Below are positions 8,258-15,552 of a stretch of DNA of 15,661 nt, piece after piece. Source of the DNA: a virus (lineage: Duplodnaviria; Heunggongvirae; Uroviricota; Caudoviricetes); the IMG/VR virus record IMGVR_UViG_2724679238_000003, positions 1-15,661 of that record; one strand, 5' to 3'. Numbering within the stretch: position 1 is the stretch's first letter; the number at the start of each line of letters is the position of its first letter. The position numbers and the translations under genes were made by a program. The notes below the pieces were generated by a model. It was not told the DNA's origin and ran no database searches. It saw nothing but the letters and a program-made list of their open reading frames with translations.

Positions 8258-8859
8258 GCGGCCTCACTTCTGCTATTTCGCAGGTCTTTGAGTTTCTGTT
8301 GGTACTCTGCCTTGATCGCCTTGCACTCTTCGACAGTCCAGCGATGGCGGCTATGGTTTGATTCGATTTCGTCTACTGCTTCCTGCCCGATGCGGTTAAT
8401 CAGTTCGACTCGATACGGAACGAGATTTCCGCTTTTGTGCTGGTTGCACACCACGCATTGCTTGTGAATATTGCGTTCATCAAATCGGAGTTGAGGTGCC
8501 GCAGCAGTTGTCCGGTAATGTCCGGCATCCCACTGAGCAGACGTGAGCGTTCCGCACGAGATACATGGTAAGTCGCGGTCTCTTTCTCTGATGAAGGCGT
8601 TTACGGCTTGTTGGGCTTGTTTAATCCAGTAACTGCGGGGCTTTAAGGCGAGTTTTCGAATCTTAAGTTTATCTTTCTGTTTCTGTTCATCTCGTCGTCG
8701 TTTCTTCTCTGCTGCTTTTTCCGCTTTTTCGCGTTCTTTACTTCGTCGTTCGAGTGCTAATTGAGTTCCGTGTTCCGGGCAGCACCACCACTGATTTGAG
8801 AATGCCGGGTGAAACCATTCCTTGCATATTTTGCATTTCCTTCGCGCTGGTTTAGCCAT
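8254..8859 (-). CDS. ninG: NinG (Rap) recombination-associated endonuclease
   Basis: 201 aa, Cys-rich N- and C-terminal regions and lysine-rich central helix as in lambda NinG; conserved position. Confidence 0.9.
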   Translation of the reverse strand: MAKPARRKCKICKEWFHPAFSNQWWCCPEHGTQLALERRSKEREKAEKAAEKKRRRDEQKQKDKLKIRKLALKPRSYWIKQAQQAVNAFIRERDRDLPCISCGTLTSAQWDAGHYRTTAAAPQLRFDERNIHKQCVVCNQHKSGNLVPYRVELINRIGQEAVDEIESNHSRHRWTVEECKAIKAEYQQKLKDLRNSRSEAA

Positions 8860-9022
8860 CGTCTTCTTCCTCGTGCATCGAGCTATTCGGAGCGCTCATC
8901 AGTTCTGCGCAGCAGTGCTCACACACGTGAACTTCCAGCACATGCAGCTTCTGACCGCAGTTAGCGCACGTTAAAGCTCGCTCGACGCTTTCTTGTTCGT
9001 AACTTCGATTTTGGTCAATCAC
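8852..9022 (-). CDS. ninF: NinF
   Basis: 56 aa from GTG 9022 ([27 protein letters not shown]...); GTGA overlap with ninE stop; same length as lambda NinF. Track ORF begins at upstream ATG 9064. Confidence 0.8.
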   Translation of the reverse strand: MIDQNRSYEQESVERALTCANCGQKLHVLEVHVCEHCCAELMSAPNSSMHEEEDDG

Positions 9023-9201
9023 CTTGTTTTCCTCGCACGATGTCTTAGCCACCGGATATCCCACAGGTGAGCCGTGTAGTTGAAGGTTTTTACGTCAGAT
9101 TCTTTTGGGATTGGCTTGCGTTTATTTCTGGAGCGTTTCGTTGGAAGGTATTTGCAGTTTTCGCAGATTATGTCGGTGATACTTCGTCGCTGTCGCCTCA
9201 T
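9019..9201 (-). CDS. ninE: NinE
   Basis: 60 aa from ATG 9201 ([30 protein letters not shown]...), matching lambda NinE; ATGA overlap with the methyltransferase stop. Confidence 0.9.
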   Translation of the reverse strand: MRRQRRSITDIICENCKYLPTKRSRNKRKPIPKESDVKTFNYTAHLWDIRWLRHRARKTR

Positions 9202-9725
9202 GCCGCCCTCCTGACGCCATGCCCGATTGCCATCAATGCCGCTTTGGATACGGTAGTAAACATCCGTCGAGGACTGATGAACGGTCGCCAAATCAGCAGC
9301 ATGGAGCCTTTGCTGTTTCCCTTCTTCTCCAGCCCTGTCGATGGTTCGATAAAATTAATCCGTCCATCAGTGATAATGCGAACTTCGTCAACGCTCTCCA
9401 GAGCCTTGCTGAACCAGCCGACAGACATATCTTCTGGCACAAGCATCACTACCGCCTGTCGCTGTTGTATGCACTGCTCAGCGGCTTTTTCCACCCACGG
9501 TCTGATATTACTGTACGGTGGGTTATTCCAGATTGCACCGTGGCTTACCCACTCAGAATTGAGCGCGTCGTCAGCCTCAGTTAGCCAGTGAGCACACAGA
9601 GCATTTTTGTCGCTCGCTGCCGAATCCAGCCAGAATCCAAACTCAATATCCAGTGCATCAAAAAGCCAAAGCGGCGTTTGCCAGCAGTCCTTGTCGTGTG
9701 CTGGCGTATTTGATTTGATAGTCAT
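9198..9725 (-). CDS. phage DNA N6-adenine methyltransferase (Dam-type, orphan)
   Basis: 175 aa from ATG 9725 ([25 protein letters not shown]...); NPPYS motif (D/NPPY catalytic motif IV); ATGA overlaps with ninB stop upstream and ninE start downstream; no adjacent restriction endonuclease gene. Confidence 0.8.
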   Translation of the reverse strand: MTIKSNTPAHDKDCWQTPLWLFDALDIEFGFWLDSAASDKNALCAHWLTEADDALNSEWVSHGAIWNNPPYSNIRPWVEKAAEQCIQQRQAVVMLVPEDMSVGWFSKALESVDEVRIITDGRINFIEPSTGLEKKGNSKGSMLLIWRPFISPRRMFTTVSKAALMAIGHGVRRAA

Positions 9726-10162
9726 GCAGCCCGATCTCCCCATCGCGCTCTCCATTCGAGAGCCAGTCGCGCTTCGTCTGACCACTTAACGCCACGCTCT
9801 GTACCGAATGCCTGTATAAGCTCTAATAGCTCCGCAAATTCGCTTACACGCATCCTGCTGGTTGACTGGCCTATTACCACAAAGCCATTCCCGGCAAGGT
9901 TAGGAACAACGTCCTGCTGCTTTAATGCTGCTGTAAAAACGCACTTCCAGCTTTCTGCATCCAGCCAGCGACCATGCCATTCAACCTGACGAGAGACGTC
10001 ACCAAGGCAAGCCCAAAGCTTTCGATTCTGGTCTAAGCTGCGGTTGCGTTCCTGAATGGTTACTACGATTGGTTTGGTTGGGTCTGGAAGGATTTGCTGT
10101 ACTGCGTGAATAGCGTTTTGCTGATGTGCCGGAGATCGAATTTCAAAGGTTAGTTTTTTCAT
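9722..10162 (-). CDS. ninB: NinB (Orf-family recombination mediator)
   Basis: 146 aa from ATG 10162 (MKKLTFEIRSPAHQQNAIHAVQQILPDPTKP...), matching lambda NinB; RBS GGGAGAGGGAAG. Confidence 0.9.
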   Translation of the reverse strand: MKKLTFEIRSPAHQQNAIHAVQQILPDPTKPIVVTIQERNRSLDQNRKLWACLGDVSRQVEWHGRWLDAESWKCVFTAALKQQDVVPNLAGNGFVVIGQSTSRMRVSEFAELLELIQAFGTERGVKWSDEARLALEWRARWGDRAA

Positions 10163-10177
10163 GACTTCCCTCTCCCC

Positions 10178-10211
10178 CAAATAAAAAGGCCTGCGATTAC
10201 CAGCAGGCCTG
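10178..10211 (-). terminator. intrinsic terminator between ren and ninB (tR2 equivalent)
   Basis: On minus strand: AGGCCTGC-TGGTAATC-GCAGGCCT perfect 8-bp stem followed by TTTTTATTT. Confidence 0.65.
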
Positions 10212-10235
10212 TTATTAGCTCAGTGATGTAGATGG

Positions 10236-10526
10236 TCATCTTTTAACTCCATATACCGCCAATACCCGTTTCATCGCTGCACTCTGGCGACACTCCTTAA
10301 AAATCAGGTTCGTGCTCATCTTTCCTTCCCGTTCTTCCCTGGTAGCAAACCGGTAATACACCGTTCGCCAGACCTTACCTTCGATAACCAGAAGACCTGC
10401 CCGTGCCATTTTAGCCGCGGCCTGATTTATGCTGGTTACGGTTGCGCCTGTTAGCGCGGCAACGTCCGGCGCACAGAAGCTATTATGCGTCCCCAGGTAA
10501 TGAATAATTGCCTCTTTGCCCGTCAT
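10236..10526 (-). CDS. ren: Ren (Rex exclusion resistance protein)
   Basis: 96 aa, same length and position as lambda Ren; ATGA overlap with P stop. Confidence 0.88.
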   Translation of the reverse strand: MTGKEAIIHYLGTHNSFCAPDVAALTGATVTSINQAAAKMARAGLLVIEGKVWRTVYYRFATREEREGKMSTNLIFKECRQSAAMKRVLAVYGVKR

Positions 10527-11224
10527 ACACTTGCTCCTTTCAGTCCGAACTTAGCTTTAATTTCTGCGATCTTCGCCAGAGCCTGTGCACGATTTAGAGG
10601 TCTGCCGCCCATAACAGGAAGTTGCTTTACGGGTTCAGGTATCGTCTCACCACGGTTAATTCGCGCGGTCATACAGGTCAGTTCATCGGCAGCCTTGCGC
10701 CGTAATTCCGCATCAGTAAGCGCATTGGCCCGCATGTTCTGATACAGGTTGGTAACCAGCCAGTAGTGCGCGTTTGATTTCCACGGATAAGACTCCGCAT
10801 CCGGATACAGGCCTCGCTTCCGGCAATACTCGTAAACCATATCAACCAGCTCGCTGACGTTTGGCAGTCCGGCGATAACGGATGCTTCTTCCCGGCACCA
10901 TGCAACAAACTGCCCGGGTGATGGCAGAAATGGTCGATTCTGCCGACGGGCTACGCGCATTCCTGCGTTAACCTGTTCCATTGTGGTGATCCCGTTTTCC
11001 CGGAAAGCCAGAACCCACTGGCGGCGAATTTCGTTCAGTTCGTTCTGGTCACGGTTAGCCAGACTCGCCGGGAAAGTTGCCAGTAACTGGCTGAACACAC
11101 CGTTGATGATCTGCGCTACCTGCTGTACCTGCGGCTTTTCGTCGTACTGTTCCGGCATGTTGTTGGCGATCCGACGCATCTGCTCACGGTCAAAGTTAAC
11201 CATCTGTGCGGCGATGTTTTTCAT
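10523..11224 (-). CDS. P: replication protein P (DnaB helicase loader)
   Basis: 233 aa, same length as lambda P and recognisably the same sequence; ATGA overlap with O stop. Confidence 0.93.
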   Translation of the reverse strand: MKNIAAQMVNFDREQMRRIANNMPEQYDEKPQVQQVAQIINGVFSQLLATFPASLANRDQNELNEIRRQWVLAFRENGITTMEQVNAGMRVARRQNRPFLPSPGQFVAWCREEASVIAGLPNVSELVDMVYEYCRKRGLYPDAESYPWKSNAHYWLVTNLYQNMRANALTDAELRRKAADELTCMTARINRGETIPEPVKQLPVMGGRPLNRAQALAKIAEIKAKFGLKGASV

Positions 11225-12120
11225 AGATCCACCCCGTAAATCCAGTCTGTGTTTGTCAGGTCGAGTTTTGGTTTACTGGCTGTCACGACTGCCTGTTGCT
11301 TGTTACGGTTGATTTCGAGCTGGGTCCACTTGTCGCGGAGTTTGGCCGGGCTAAGCACGTTACCGGACCAGAAGTTGTCCTGGCATGCCCAGCGGAACAG
11401 CACGCACATGTCGCGGTGGTTACGTCCGTCACGTTCACGCATCAGGCGGATATCGTTAGCCCACCCTGCAAAATTCGGTTTTCTGGCTGATGGCGCGATG
11501 GTCTTCACCATGTCAAACATCCACTCTGCGGCGGTCAGGTCTTCTGCTGTCCCCCACTTGCTGCCGCTCTGAATTGCAGCATCCGGTTTAACCACAGAAA
11601 GATCGTTTTCTGGCTGGTCAGAGGATTCGCCAGAATTCTCGGACGAATAATCTTTTCTTTTTTCTTTTGTAATAGTGTCTTTTGTGTCCCCCTGTTTTGA
11701 GGGATAGAAATCCCCCAATTTGAGGGATGTTTTATCCCTCGTTTTAGGGGATTTTCCCTCGTTTTGAGGGATGCACCATTCTGAGATGTTTTTATTTGGT
11801 CCAAACATGCCGCATTGCTGCTTGATAATATTCATTCTGACGAGTTCTAACTTGGCTTCATTGCACCGTTTGACGGGTAACTTTGTAATCTCGCTAAGTT
11901 GAGAATCGGTGATTCTGTCCATTGGTTTATTCCACCCATAGGTTTTACGCAGAATGGCAAGCAGCACTTTAAACTGTCGCTTGGTCAGATCTGCGCCTGA
12001 ATAAGCCTCAAGCAGCATATTTGATAGTCTGGCGTAACCATCATCGAGATCTGCCACATTACGCTCCTGTTTGGCAAAGTTACCTCTGCAGAAGTTGAGT
12101 ATTTTTGCTGTATTTGTCAT
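11221..12120 (-). CDS. O: replication initiator O
   Basis: 299 aa from ATG 12120 (MTNTAKILNFCRGNFAKQERNVADLDDGYARLSNMLLEAY...), matching lambda O; AGGAG RBS; contains the iteron array in its central part. Track ORF starts further upstream. Confidence 0.93.
   Translation of the reverse strand: MTNTAKILNFCRGNFAKQERNVADLDDGYARLSNMLLEAYSGADLTKRQFKVLLAILRKTYGWNKPMDRITDSQLSEITKLPVKRCNEAKLELVRMNIIKQQCGMFGPNKNISEWCIPQNEGKSPKTRDKTSLKLGDFYPSKQGDTKDTITKEKRKDYSSENSGESSDQPENDLSVVKPDAAIQSGSKWGTAEDLTAAEWMFDMVKTIAPSARKPNFAGWANDIRLMRERDGRNHRDMCVLFRWACQDNFWSGNVLSPAKLRDKWTQLEINRNKQQAVVTASKPKLDLTNTDWIYGVDL
11645..11775. repeat. origin of replication (ori-lambda type): four ~19-bp palindromic iterons plus adjacent A/T-rich region, inside the O gene
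   Basis: Four spaced repeats of the form TCCC(T/C)C-N5-7-GAGGGA at about 11687, 11710, 11734 and 11755, flanked at 11645-11686 by an A/T-rich tract (tcttttcttttttcttttgtaatagtgtcttttgtg). Confidence 0.85.
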
Positions 12121-12154
12121 AATGACTCCTGTGGATTGATCCAGTCTTTCTACA

Positions 12155-12433
12155 TCAGGCCTCAAAACTGTTGCAGCAGTCTTGAGGCTTTTCTTTTGTC
12201 AGCACCATGGCTACTTTCTTTGCCAGCTCCGCTAATTCCTCGTCTTCAACACCCCACTCCAGCACAGCCAGAAGCATGGCCATCTTTGGGATAAAGCTGT
12301 CTTTCCATCGCGAAATTTGCGATTCATTAATCCCTAATGCATCAGCAACCTTTCGCTGACCACGTACAGCAATTCGATTTAGGATGTTGCTTGTAATTGC
12401 ATTCGCTTTCTTGCGAGTACTTGTAAGTTGCAT
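12155..12433 (-). CDS. cII: CII-type transcriptional activator (P22 c1-like)
   Basis: 92 aa from ATG 12433 (MQLTSTRKKANAITSNILNRIAVRGQRKVADALGINESQISRWK...), HTH region and C-terminus similar to lambda CII/P22 C1; AGGA RBS. Track ORF extended upstream. Confidence 0.85.
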   Translation of the reverse strand: MQLTSTRKKANAITSNILNRIAVRGQRKVADALGINESQISRWKDSFIPKMAMLLAVLEWGVEDEELAELAKKVAMVLTKEKPQDCCNSFEA

Positions 12434-12490
12434 ATGTAAGTATTTCCTTAACAAATAAGAAGTTATACGCACCAACTGATGCGCGTTGTA

Positions 12491-12534
12491 TTCCCGCATT
12501 TCGGCGGGAATGAGGACCATGACTGTTAAAGAGC
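12491..12534 (-). promoter_or_regulatory. nutR (boxA + boxB) N-utilisation site
   Basis: Minus strand reads GCTCTTTAAC (boxA-like) - 14 nt - TTCCCGCCGAAATGCGGGAA (boxB stem-loop); the same boxA and identical stem-loop recur upstream of N on the plus strand. Confidence 0.65.
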
Positions 12535-12541
12535 AATTTGC

Positions 12542-12727
12542 TTATGCCGCTTTGCGATAAGCACTTTCTTGATACTTCAGGGCGCCAGCTGTAACGACTT
12601 CCAGTCGATAGGCGTCTTTCTCTGGGATGACTTCCTTCCACTGAGAGACTGCTGCATCGCTAATGCCTAACGCTTTAGCTACCGCACGCTGGGTTCCGAA
12701 GTGGTCGATAACATCTTTCTTGTACAT
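12542..12727 (-). CDS. cro: Cro repressor (P22 type)
   Basis: 61 aa MYKKDVIDHFGTQRAVAKALGISDAAVSQWKEVIPEKDAYRLEVVTAGALKYQESAYRKAA, matching P22 Cro as recalled; GGAG RBS; divergent from the repressor gene. Confidence 0.9.
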   Translation of the reverse strand: MYKKDVIDHFGTQRAVAKALGISDAAVSQWKEVIPEKDAYRLEVVTAGALKYQESAYRKAA

Positions 12728-12807
12728 AGACTCGCTCCAAAATTAAAGAACACTTAAATTATCTGTCAAAGGAATCTTAAGTCAAGTTTATTTAAGATAT
12801 CTTAACT
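12728..12807. promoter_or_regulatory. OR operator/promoter region (pR toward cro, pRM toward repressor)
   Basis: Three 18-bp sites fitting the P22-type pattern nnTnAAG-N4-CTTnAnn (about 12742-12759, 12775-12792, 12790-12807); minus-strand TTGACA -17 nt- TTAATT upstream of cro; repressor ATG 12808 has no SD (leaderless-like). Confidence 0.7.
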
Positions 12808-13458
12808 ATGAATACACAACTGATGGGTGAGCGTATTCGCGCTCGCAGAAAAGAACTCAAGATTAGGCAGGCTGCCCTTGGCAAGATGGTTGGCGTGTCT
12901 AATGTTGCTATTTCCCAATGGGAGCGTTCTGAAACTGAGCCCAATGGCGAAAACCTATTGGCCTTAGCCAAGGCTTTGCAGTGTTCCCCTGATTACTTGT
13001 TGAAAGGAGAAGATAGTCTTTCAAACATTGCCTATCACAGCAGGCATGATCCAAGAGGTTCGTATCCTCTAATTAGTTGGGTAAGCGCAGGATGTTGGAT
13101 GGAAGCTGTAGAGCCATATCATAAGCGTGCAATAGATAACTGGTACGATACAACCGTAGATTGTTCAGAAGATTCGTTTTGGCTGGACGTAAAAGGTGAT
13201 TCGATGACGGCTCCAGCCGGTCTTAGCATCCCTGAAGGGATGATAATACTCGTCGATCCTGAAGTAGAACCTCGTAATGGGAAGCTGGTAGTGGCAAAGC
13301 TCGAAGGAGAAAACGAGGCAACTTTCAAGAAGTTAGTTATTGATGCTGGCAGGAGGTTTCTAAAACCACTTAACCCACAATATCCGATGATTGAGATCAA
13401 CGGGAACTGCAAAATCATCGGTGTAGTTGTCGATGCAAAAATAGCAAACCTTCCATAA
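12808..13458 (+). CDS. cI: prophage repressor, P22 C2 type (HTH plus LexA-like S24 autopeptidase domain)
   Basis: 216 aa, recognisably P22 C2 (MNTQLMGERIRARRKELKIRQAALGKMVGVSNVAISQWERSETEPNGENLLALAKALQCSPDYLL...); Ser in GDSM and Lys in VVAKLEG consistent with the S24 catalytic dyad. Confidence 0.93.
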   Translation: MNTQLMGERIRARRKELKIRQAALGKMVGVSNVAISQWERSETEPNGENLLALAKALQCSPDYLLKGEDSLSNIAYHSRHDPRGSYPLISWVSAGCWMEAVEPYHKRAIDNWYDTTVDCSEDSFWLDVKGDSMTAPAGLSIPEGMIILVDPEVEPRNGKLVVAKLEGENEATFKKLVIDAGRRFLKPLNPQYPMIEINGNCKIIGVVVDAKIANLP

Positions 13459-13480
13459 GGGGCATTCGCCCCTTTTTTCT
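13458..13480 (+). terminator. intrinsic terminator immediately after the repressor gene
   Basis: AGGGGC-ATTC-GCCCCT stem-loop followed by TTTTTTCTTTCC, starting at the repressor stop codon. Confidence 0.65.
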
Positions 13481-13520
13481 TTCCTTTAAAAATCAAAGCA
13501 AAACTTAAGTCCTGCAATAA

Positions 13521-13580
13521 AATTTAAGTTTTCTTCAAAAACACTCTTGACCACAAATTAAAGAAATCTTAAATTTAAGT
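13521..13580 (+). promoter_or_regulatory. OL operators and pL promoter
   Basis: Two 18-bp P22-type operator-like sites (13521-13538 atttaagttttcttcaaa; 13556-13573 attaaagaaatcttaaat); TTGACC (13546-13551) -17 nt- TAAATT (13569-13574) reading toward N. Confidence 0.6.
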
Positions 13581-13621
13581 CATCAGCAGGACGCTGGTAG
13601 CCAAACGGAACAGATTGGCAG

Positions 13622-13663
13622 GCTCTTTAACATTGATGGGATTGTCCCGCCGAAATGCGGGAA
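13622..13663 (+). promoter_or_regulatory. nutL (boxA + boxB)
   Basis: GCTCTTTAAC boxA-like at 13622-13631, then 13 nt, then TCCCGCCGAAATGCGGGA stem-loop (13645-13662), identical to the element between cro and cII. Confidence 0.65.
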
Positions 13664-13715
13664 CCAAAGAGTAGTTGGCTTTGGGGTGATGTGAAGTGCA
13701 GCCGCGCGACAGCAT

Positions 13716-13770
13716 CAGGGAATTAACCTCCCCCCCCCCCCCACAGGGAATTAACCCCCCCCCCCCCCCC
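13716..13770 (+). repeat. tandem direct repeat, each copy CAGGGAATTAACC followed by a long poly-C tract (13 C and 16 C), in the N leader
   Basis: Directly visible: cagggaattaacct + C13 (13730-13742), then cagggaattaa + C16 (13755-13770); about 40 bp upstream of the N start codon. Confidence 0.9.
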
Positions 13771-13807
13771 GTCACGTCACCGCTAAAGTCAATCATCGGA
13801 GGTCAAC

Positions 13808-14107
13808 ATGACAGTAGTCATTACATATCTGGCTGACGATAACGCCAGAAATCGCCGCAGAGCACGCAGACAGGCTCAACGTGAACAGGCAATGCAAGAG
13901 CAGCGACTGGCGCGAAAGATTGCGCTAAAGCTCTCTGGTTGCGTCAGAGCAGATAAAGCAGCATCACTCGGAAGCCTTCGCTGCCAGAAGGCAGAAGAAG
14001 TCGAGCGTAAACAGAACCGTATTTACTACCGCAAGCCACGCAGTGAAATGGGTGTGACTTGTGTTGGTCGCCAGAAAATGAAATTAGGCAGCAAACCACT
14101 TATTTGA
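13808..14107 (+). CDS. N: N-type transcription antiterminator (phi21-like)
   Basis: 99 aa with arginine-rich N-terminus (NARNRRRARRQAQREQAMQEQRLARK) and C-terminal half matching phi21 N as recalled (...RKIALKLSGCVRADKAASLGSLRC..KAEEVERKQNRIYY.KPRSEMGVTCVGRQK.KLGSKPLI); GGAGG RBS; downstream of pL and nutL. Confidence 0.85.
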   Translation: MTVVITYLADDNARNRRRARRQAQREQAMQEQRLARKIALKLSGCVRADKAASLGSLRCQKAEEVERKQNRIYYRKPRSEMGVTCVGRQKMKLGSKPLI

Positions 14108-14115
14108 GGTGATAT

Positions 14116-14565
14116 ATGGAAGAACAGGCAAATAAGATTCTCATAGAACTATTGCAAAAAGCCAGTAATGGAATAGACGCGGCTGTCTCATTTAGCCAGG
14201 CACAGATTCCTGATGTTGTTCATCAATTGCTGCTATGGAATATGGTTGATAGCCTGATTAAAACATTAATAGCCATTCTAACAATCCCACTGGTTTTCTG
14301 GTTTATGAAGAAACAGTACCAAAAAGTTGAAATTGGTATATTCGATAATGAAGGATGGTTATGGGAGAAGGGAAAGCCTAAATACAAACCGACTATGATT
14401 TGGGAAAGTAACGGTGAGATTAGTTTTCTAATCTTACCATTAGCAGCAGTTTTTGTTCTGTGGGTAAGTTTTATTATTGCTGTAGTAACCAATATGACAT
14501 GGTTAAAAATTTGGCTGGCCCCAAAGCTTTACCTTATCGAATATGCAGCATCATTGGTTAAGTAA
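14116..14565 (+). CDS. hypothetical small membrane protein (149 aa, about 2 TM helices) in the sieB-equivalent position after N
   Basis: ATG 14116 with GAGGTGA RBS, 8 nt after N stop; hydrophobic segments LIKTLIAILTIPLVFWFM and ISFLILPLAAVFVLWVSFIIAVVT; AT-rich; followed by an intrinsic terminator; not recognised. Confidence 0.6.
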   Translation: MEEQANKILIELLQKASNGIDAAVSFSQAQIPDVVHQLLLWNMVDSLIKTLIAILTIPLVFWFMKKQYQKVEIGIFDNEGWLWEKGKPKYKPTMIWESNGEISFLILPLAAVFVLWVSFIIAVVTNMTWLKIWLAPKLYLIEYAASLVK

Positions 14566-14569
14566 TTTC

Positions 14570-14596
14570 AGGCCGCATAGTCGGCCTTTATTTTTG
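14570..14596 (+). terminator. intrinsic terminator after the 149-aa membrane protein gene
   Basis: AGGCCG-CATAGT-CGGCCT stem-loop followed by TTATTTTTGG. Confidence 0.6.
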
Positions 14597-14624
14597 GCAT
14601 AAACAACAGAATAAACACTGCACT

Positions 14625-14652
14625 GTGTATTCATTCCAACGAGTGAATACAC
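14625..14652. other. 28-bp near-perfect palindrome (12-bp arms, 4-nt centre) in the early-left intergenic region
   Basis: GTGTATTCATTC-CAAC-GAGTGAATACAC; arms complementary with one mismatch. Confidence 0.5.
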
Positions 14653-14714
14653 GGAGCAATGTCGCTCGTAACTAAACAGGAGCCGACTTGTTCTGATTAT
14701 TGGAAATCTTCTTT

Positions 14715-14741
14715 GCCCTCTAATGTGAGGGCGATTTTTTA
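14715..14741 (+). terminator. intrinsic terminator about 20 bp upstream of the ea10-like gene
   Basis: GCCCTC-TAATGT-GAGGGC stem-loop followed by GATTTTTTATC. Confidence 0.55.
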
Positions 14742-14760
14742 TCTATGAGGATATGAATAG

Positions 14761-15129
14761 ATGTCAAACATCAAAAAATACATCATTGATTACGACTGGA
14801 AAGCATCAATAGAAATTGAAATCGACCATGACGTAATGACAGAGGAAAAACTTCACCAGATTAATAATTTCTGGTCAGACTCTGAATACCGACTCAATAA
14901 ACACGGCTCTGTATTAAATGCTGTATTAATCATGCTGGCGCAACATGCTCTGCTTATAGCAATTTCAAGCGACTTAAATGCATATGGTGTTGTGTGTGAG
15001 TTCGACTGGAATGATGGAAATGGTCAGGAAGGATGGCCTCCAATGGATGGTAGCGAAGGAATAAGAATTACCGATATCGATACATCAGGAATATTTGATT
15101 CAGATGATATGACTATCAAAGCCGCCTGA
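14761..15129 (+). CDS. ea10: Ea10-like early protein (122 aa, acidic C-terminus), function unknown
   Basis: ATG 14761 with GAGGA RBS; 369 nt, matching the size and position (immediately upstream of cIII) that I recall for lambda ea10; assignment by position and length only. Confidence 0.55.
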   Translation: MSNIKKYIIDYDWKASIEIEIDHDVMTEEKLHQINNFWSDSEYRLNKHGSVLNAVLIMLAQHALLIAISSDLNAYGVVCEFDWNDGNGQEGWPPMDGSEGIRITDIDTSGIFDSDDMTIKAA

Positions 15130-15153
15130 GCGCTGCGTTACCGCATACCAATA

Positions 15154-15177
15154 ACGCTTCACTCGAGGCGTTTTTCG
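15154..15177 (+). terminator. terminator-like hairpin between the ea10-like gene and cIII
   Basis: CGCTTC-ACTC-GAGGCG stem (one G-U) followed by TTTTTCGTT. Confidence 0.4.
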
Positions 15178-15201
15178 TTATGTATAAATAAGGAGCACAC
15201 C

Positions 15202-15366
15202 ATGCAATATGCCATTGCAGGGTGGCCTGTTGCTGGCTGCCCTTCCGAATCTTTACTTGAACGAATCACCCGTAAATTACGTGACGGATGGAAACGCCTT
15301 ATCGACATACTTAATCAGCCAGGAGTCCCAAAAAATGGATCAAACACTTATGGCTATCCAGACTAA
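15202..15366 (+). CDS. cIII: CIII (FtsH/HflB protease inhibitor)
   Basis: 54 aa [54 protein letters not shown], matching lambda CIII; AGGAG RBS 6 nt upstream; below the ORF-track size cutoff. Confidence 0.9.
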   Translation: MQYAIAGWPVAGCPSESLLERITRKLRDGWKRLIDILNQPGVPKNGSNTYGYPD

Positions 15367-15478
15367 ATTCACTATCGCCACTTTTATTGGCGATGAAAAG
15401 ATGTTTCGTGAGGCCGTCGACGCTTATAAAAAATGGATATTAATACTGAAACTGAGATCAAGCAAAAGCATTCACTAA
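15335..15478 (+). CDS. kil: Kil (host cell-division inhibitor)
   Basis: 47 aa [47 protein letters not shown] from ATG 15335 with AGGAG RBS; overlaps the 3' end of cIII as in lambda. Track ORF 15209..15478 is the same frame extended upstream. Confidence 0.85.
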   Translation: MDQTLMAIQTKFTIATFIGDEKMFREAVDAYKKWILILKLRSSKSIH

Positions 15479-15552
15479 CCCACTTCCCTGTTTTCCTAAT
15501 CAGCCCGGCATTTCGCGGGCGATATTTTCACAGCTATTTCAGGAGTTCAGCC

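Noticed and set aside
7802-8291. Plus-strand ORFs of 66 and 63 aa
   Set aside because: Antisense within ninI/ninH/ninG
9067-9789. Plus-strand ORFs of 174, 121 and 60 aa
   Set aside because: Antisense to ninE and the methyltransferase gene, which have conserved translational coupling
10485-11572. Plus-strand ORFs (85, 109, 107, 64 aa) and minus-strand ORFs (76, 89 aa)
   Set aside because: All nested in or antisense to P and O; the 89-aa minus ORF covers the ori iterons in an alternative frame
12342-12641. 99-aa minus-strand ORF spanning the nutR region
   Set aside because: Overlaps cII in another frame and runs through the nutR boxA/boxB element; no RBS
13119-13517. 132-aa minus-strand ORF
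   Set aside because: Antisense to the repressor gene
13575-13796. 73-aa minus-strand ORF rich in Gly and Pro
   Set aside because: It is the translation of the poly-G complement of the two poly-C tracts in the N leader; lies in the OL/nutL/leader regulatory region with no RBS logic
14223-14492. 89-aa minus-strand ORF
   Set aside because: Antisense within the 149-aa membrane protein gene
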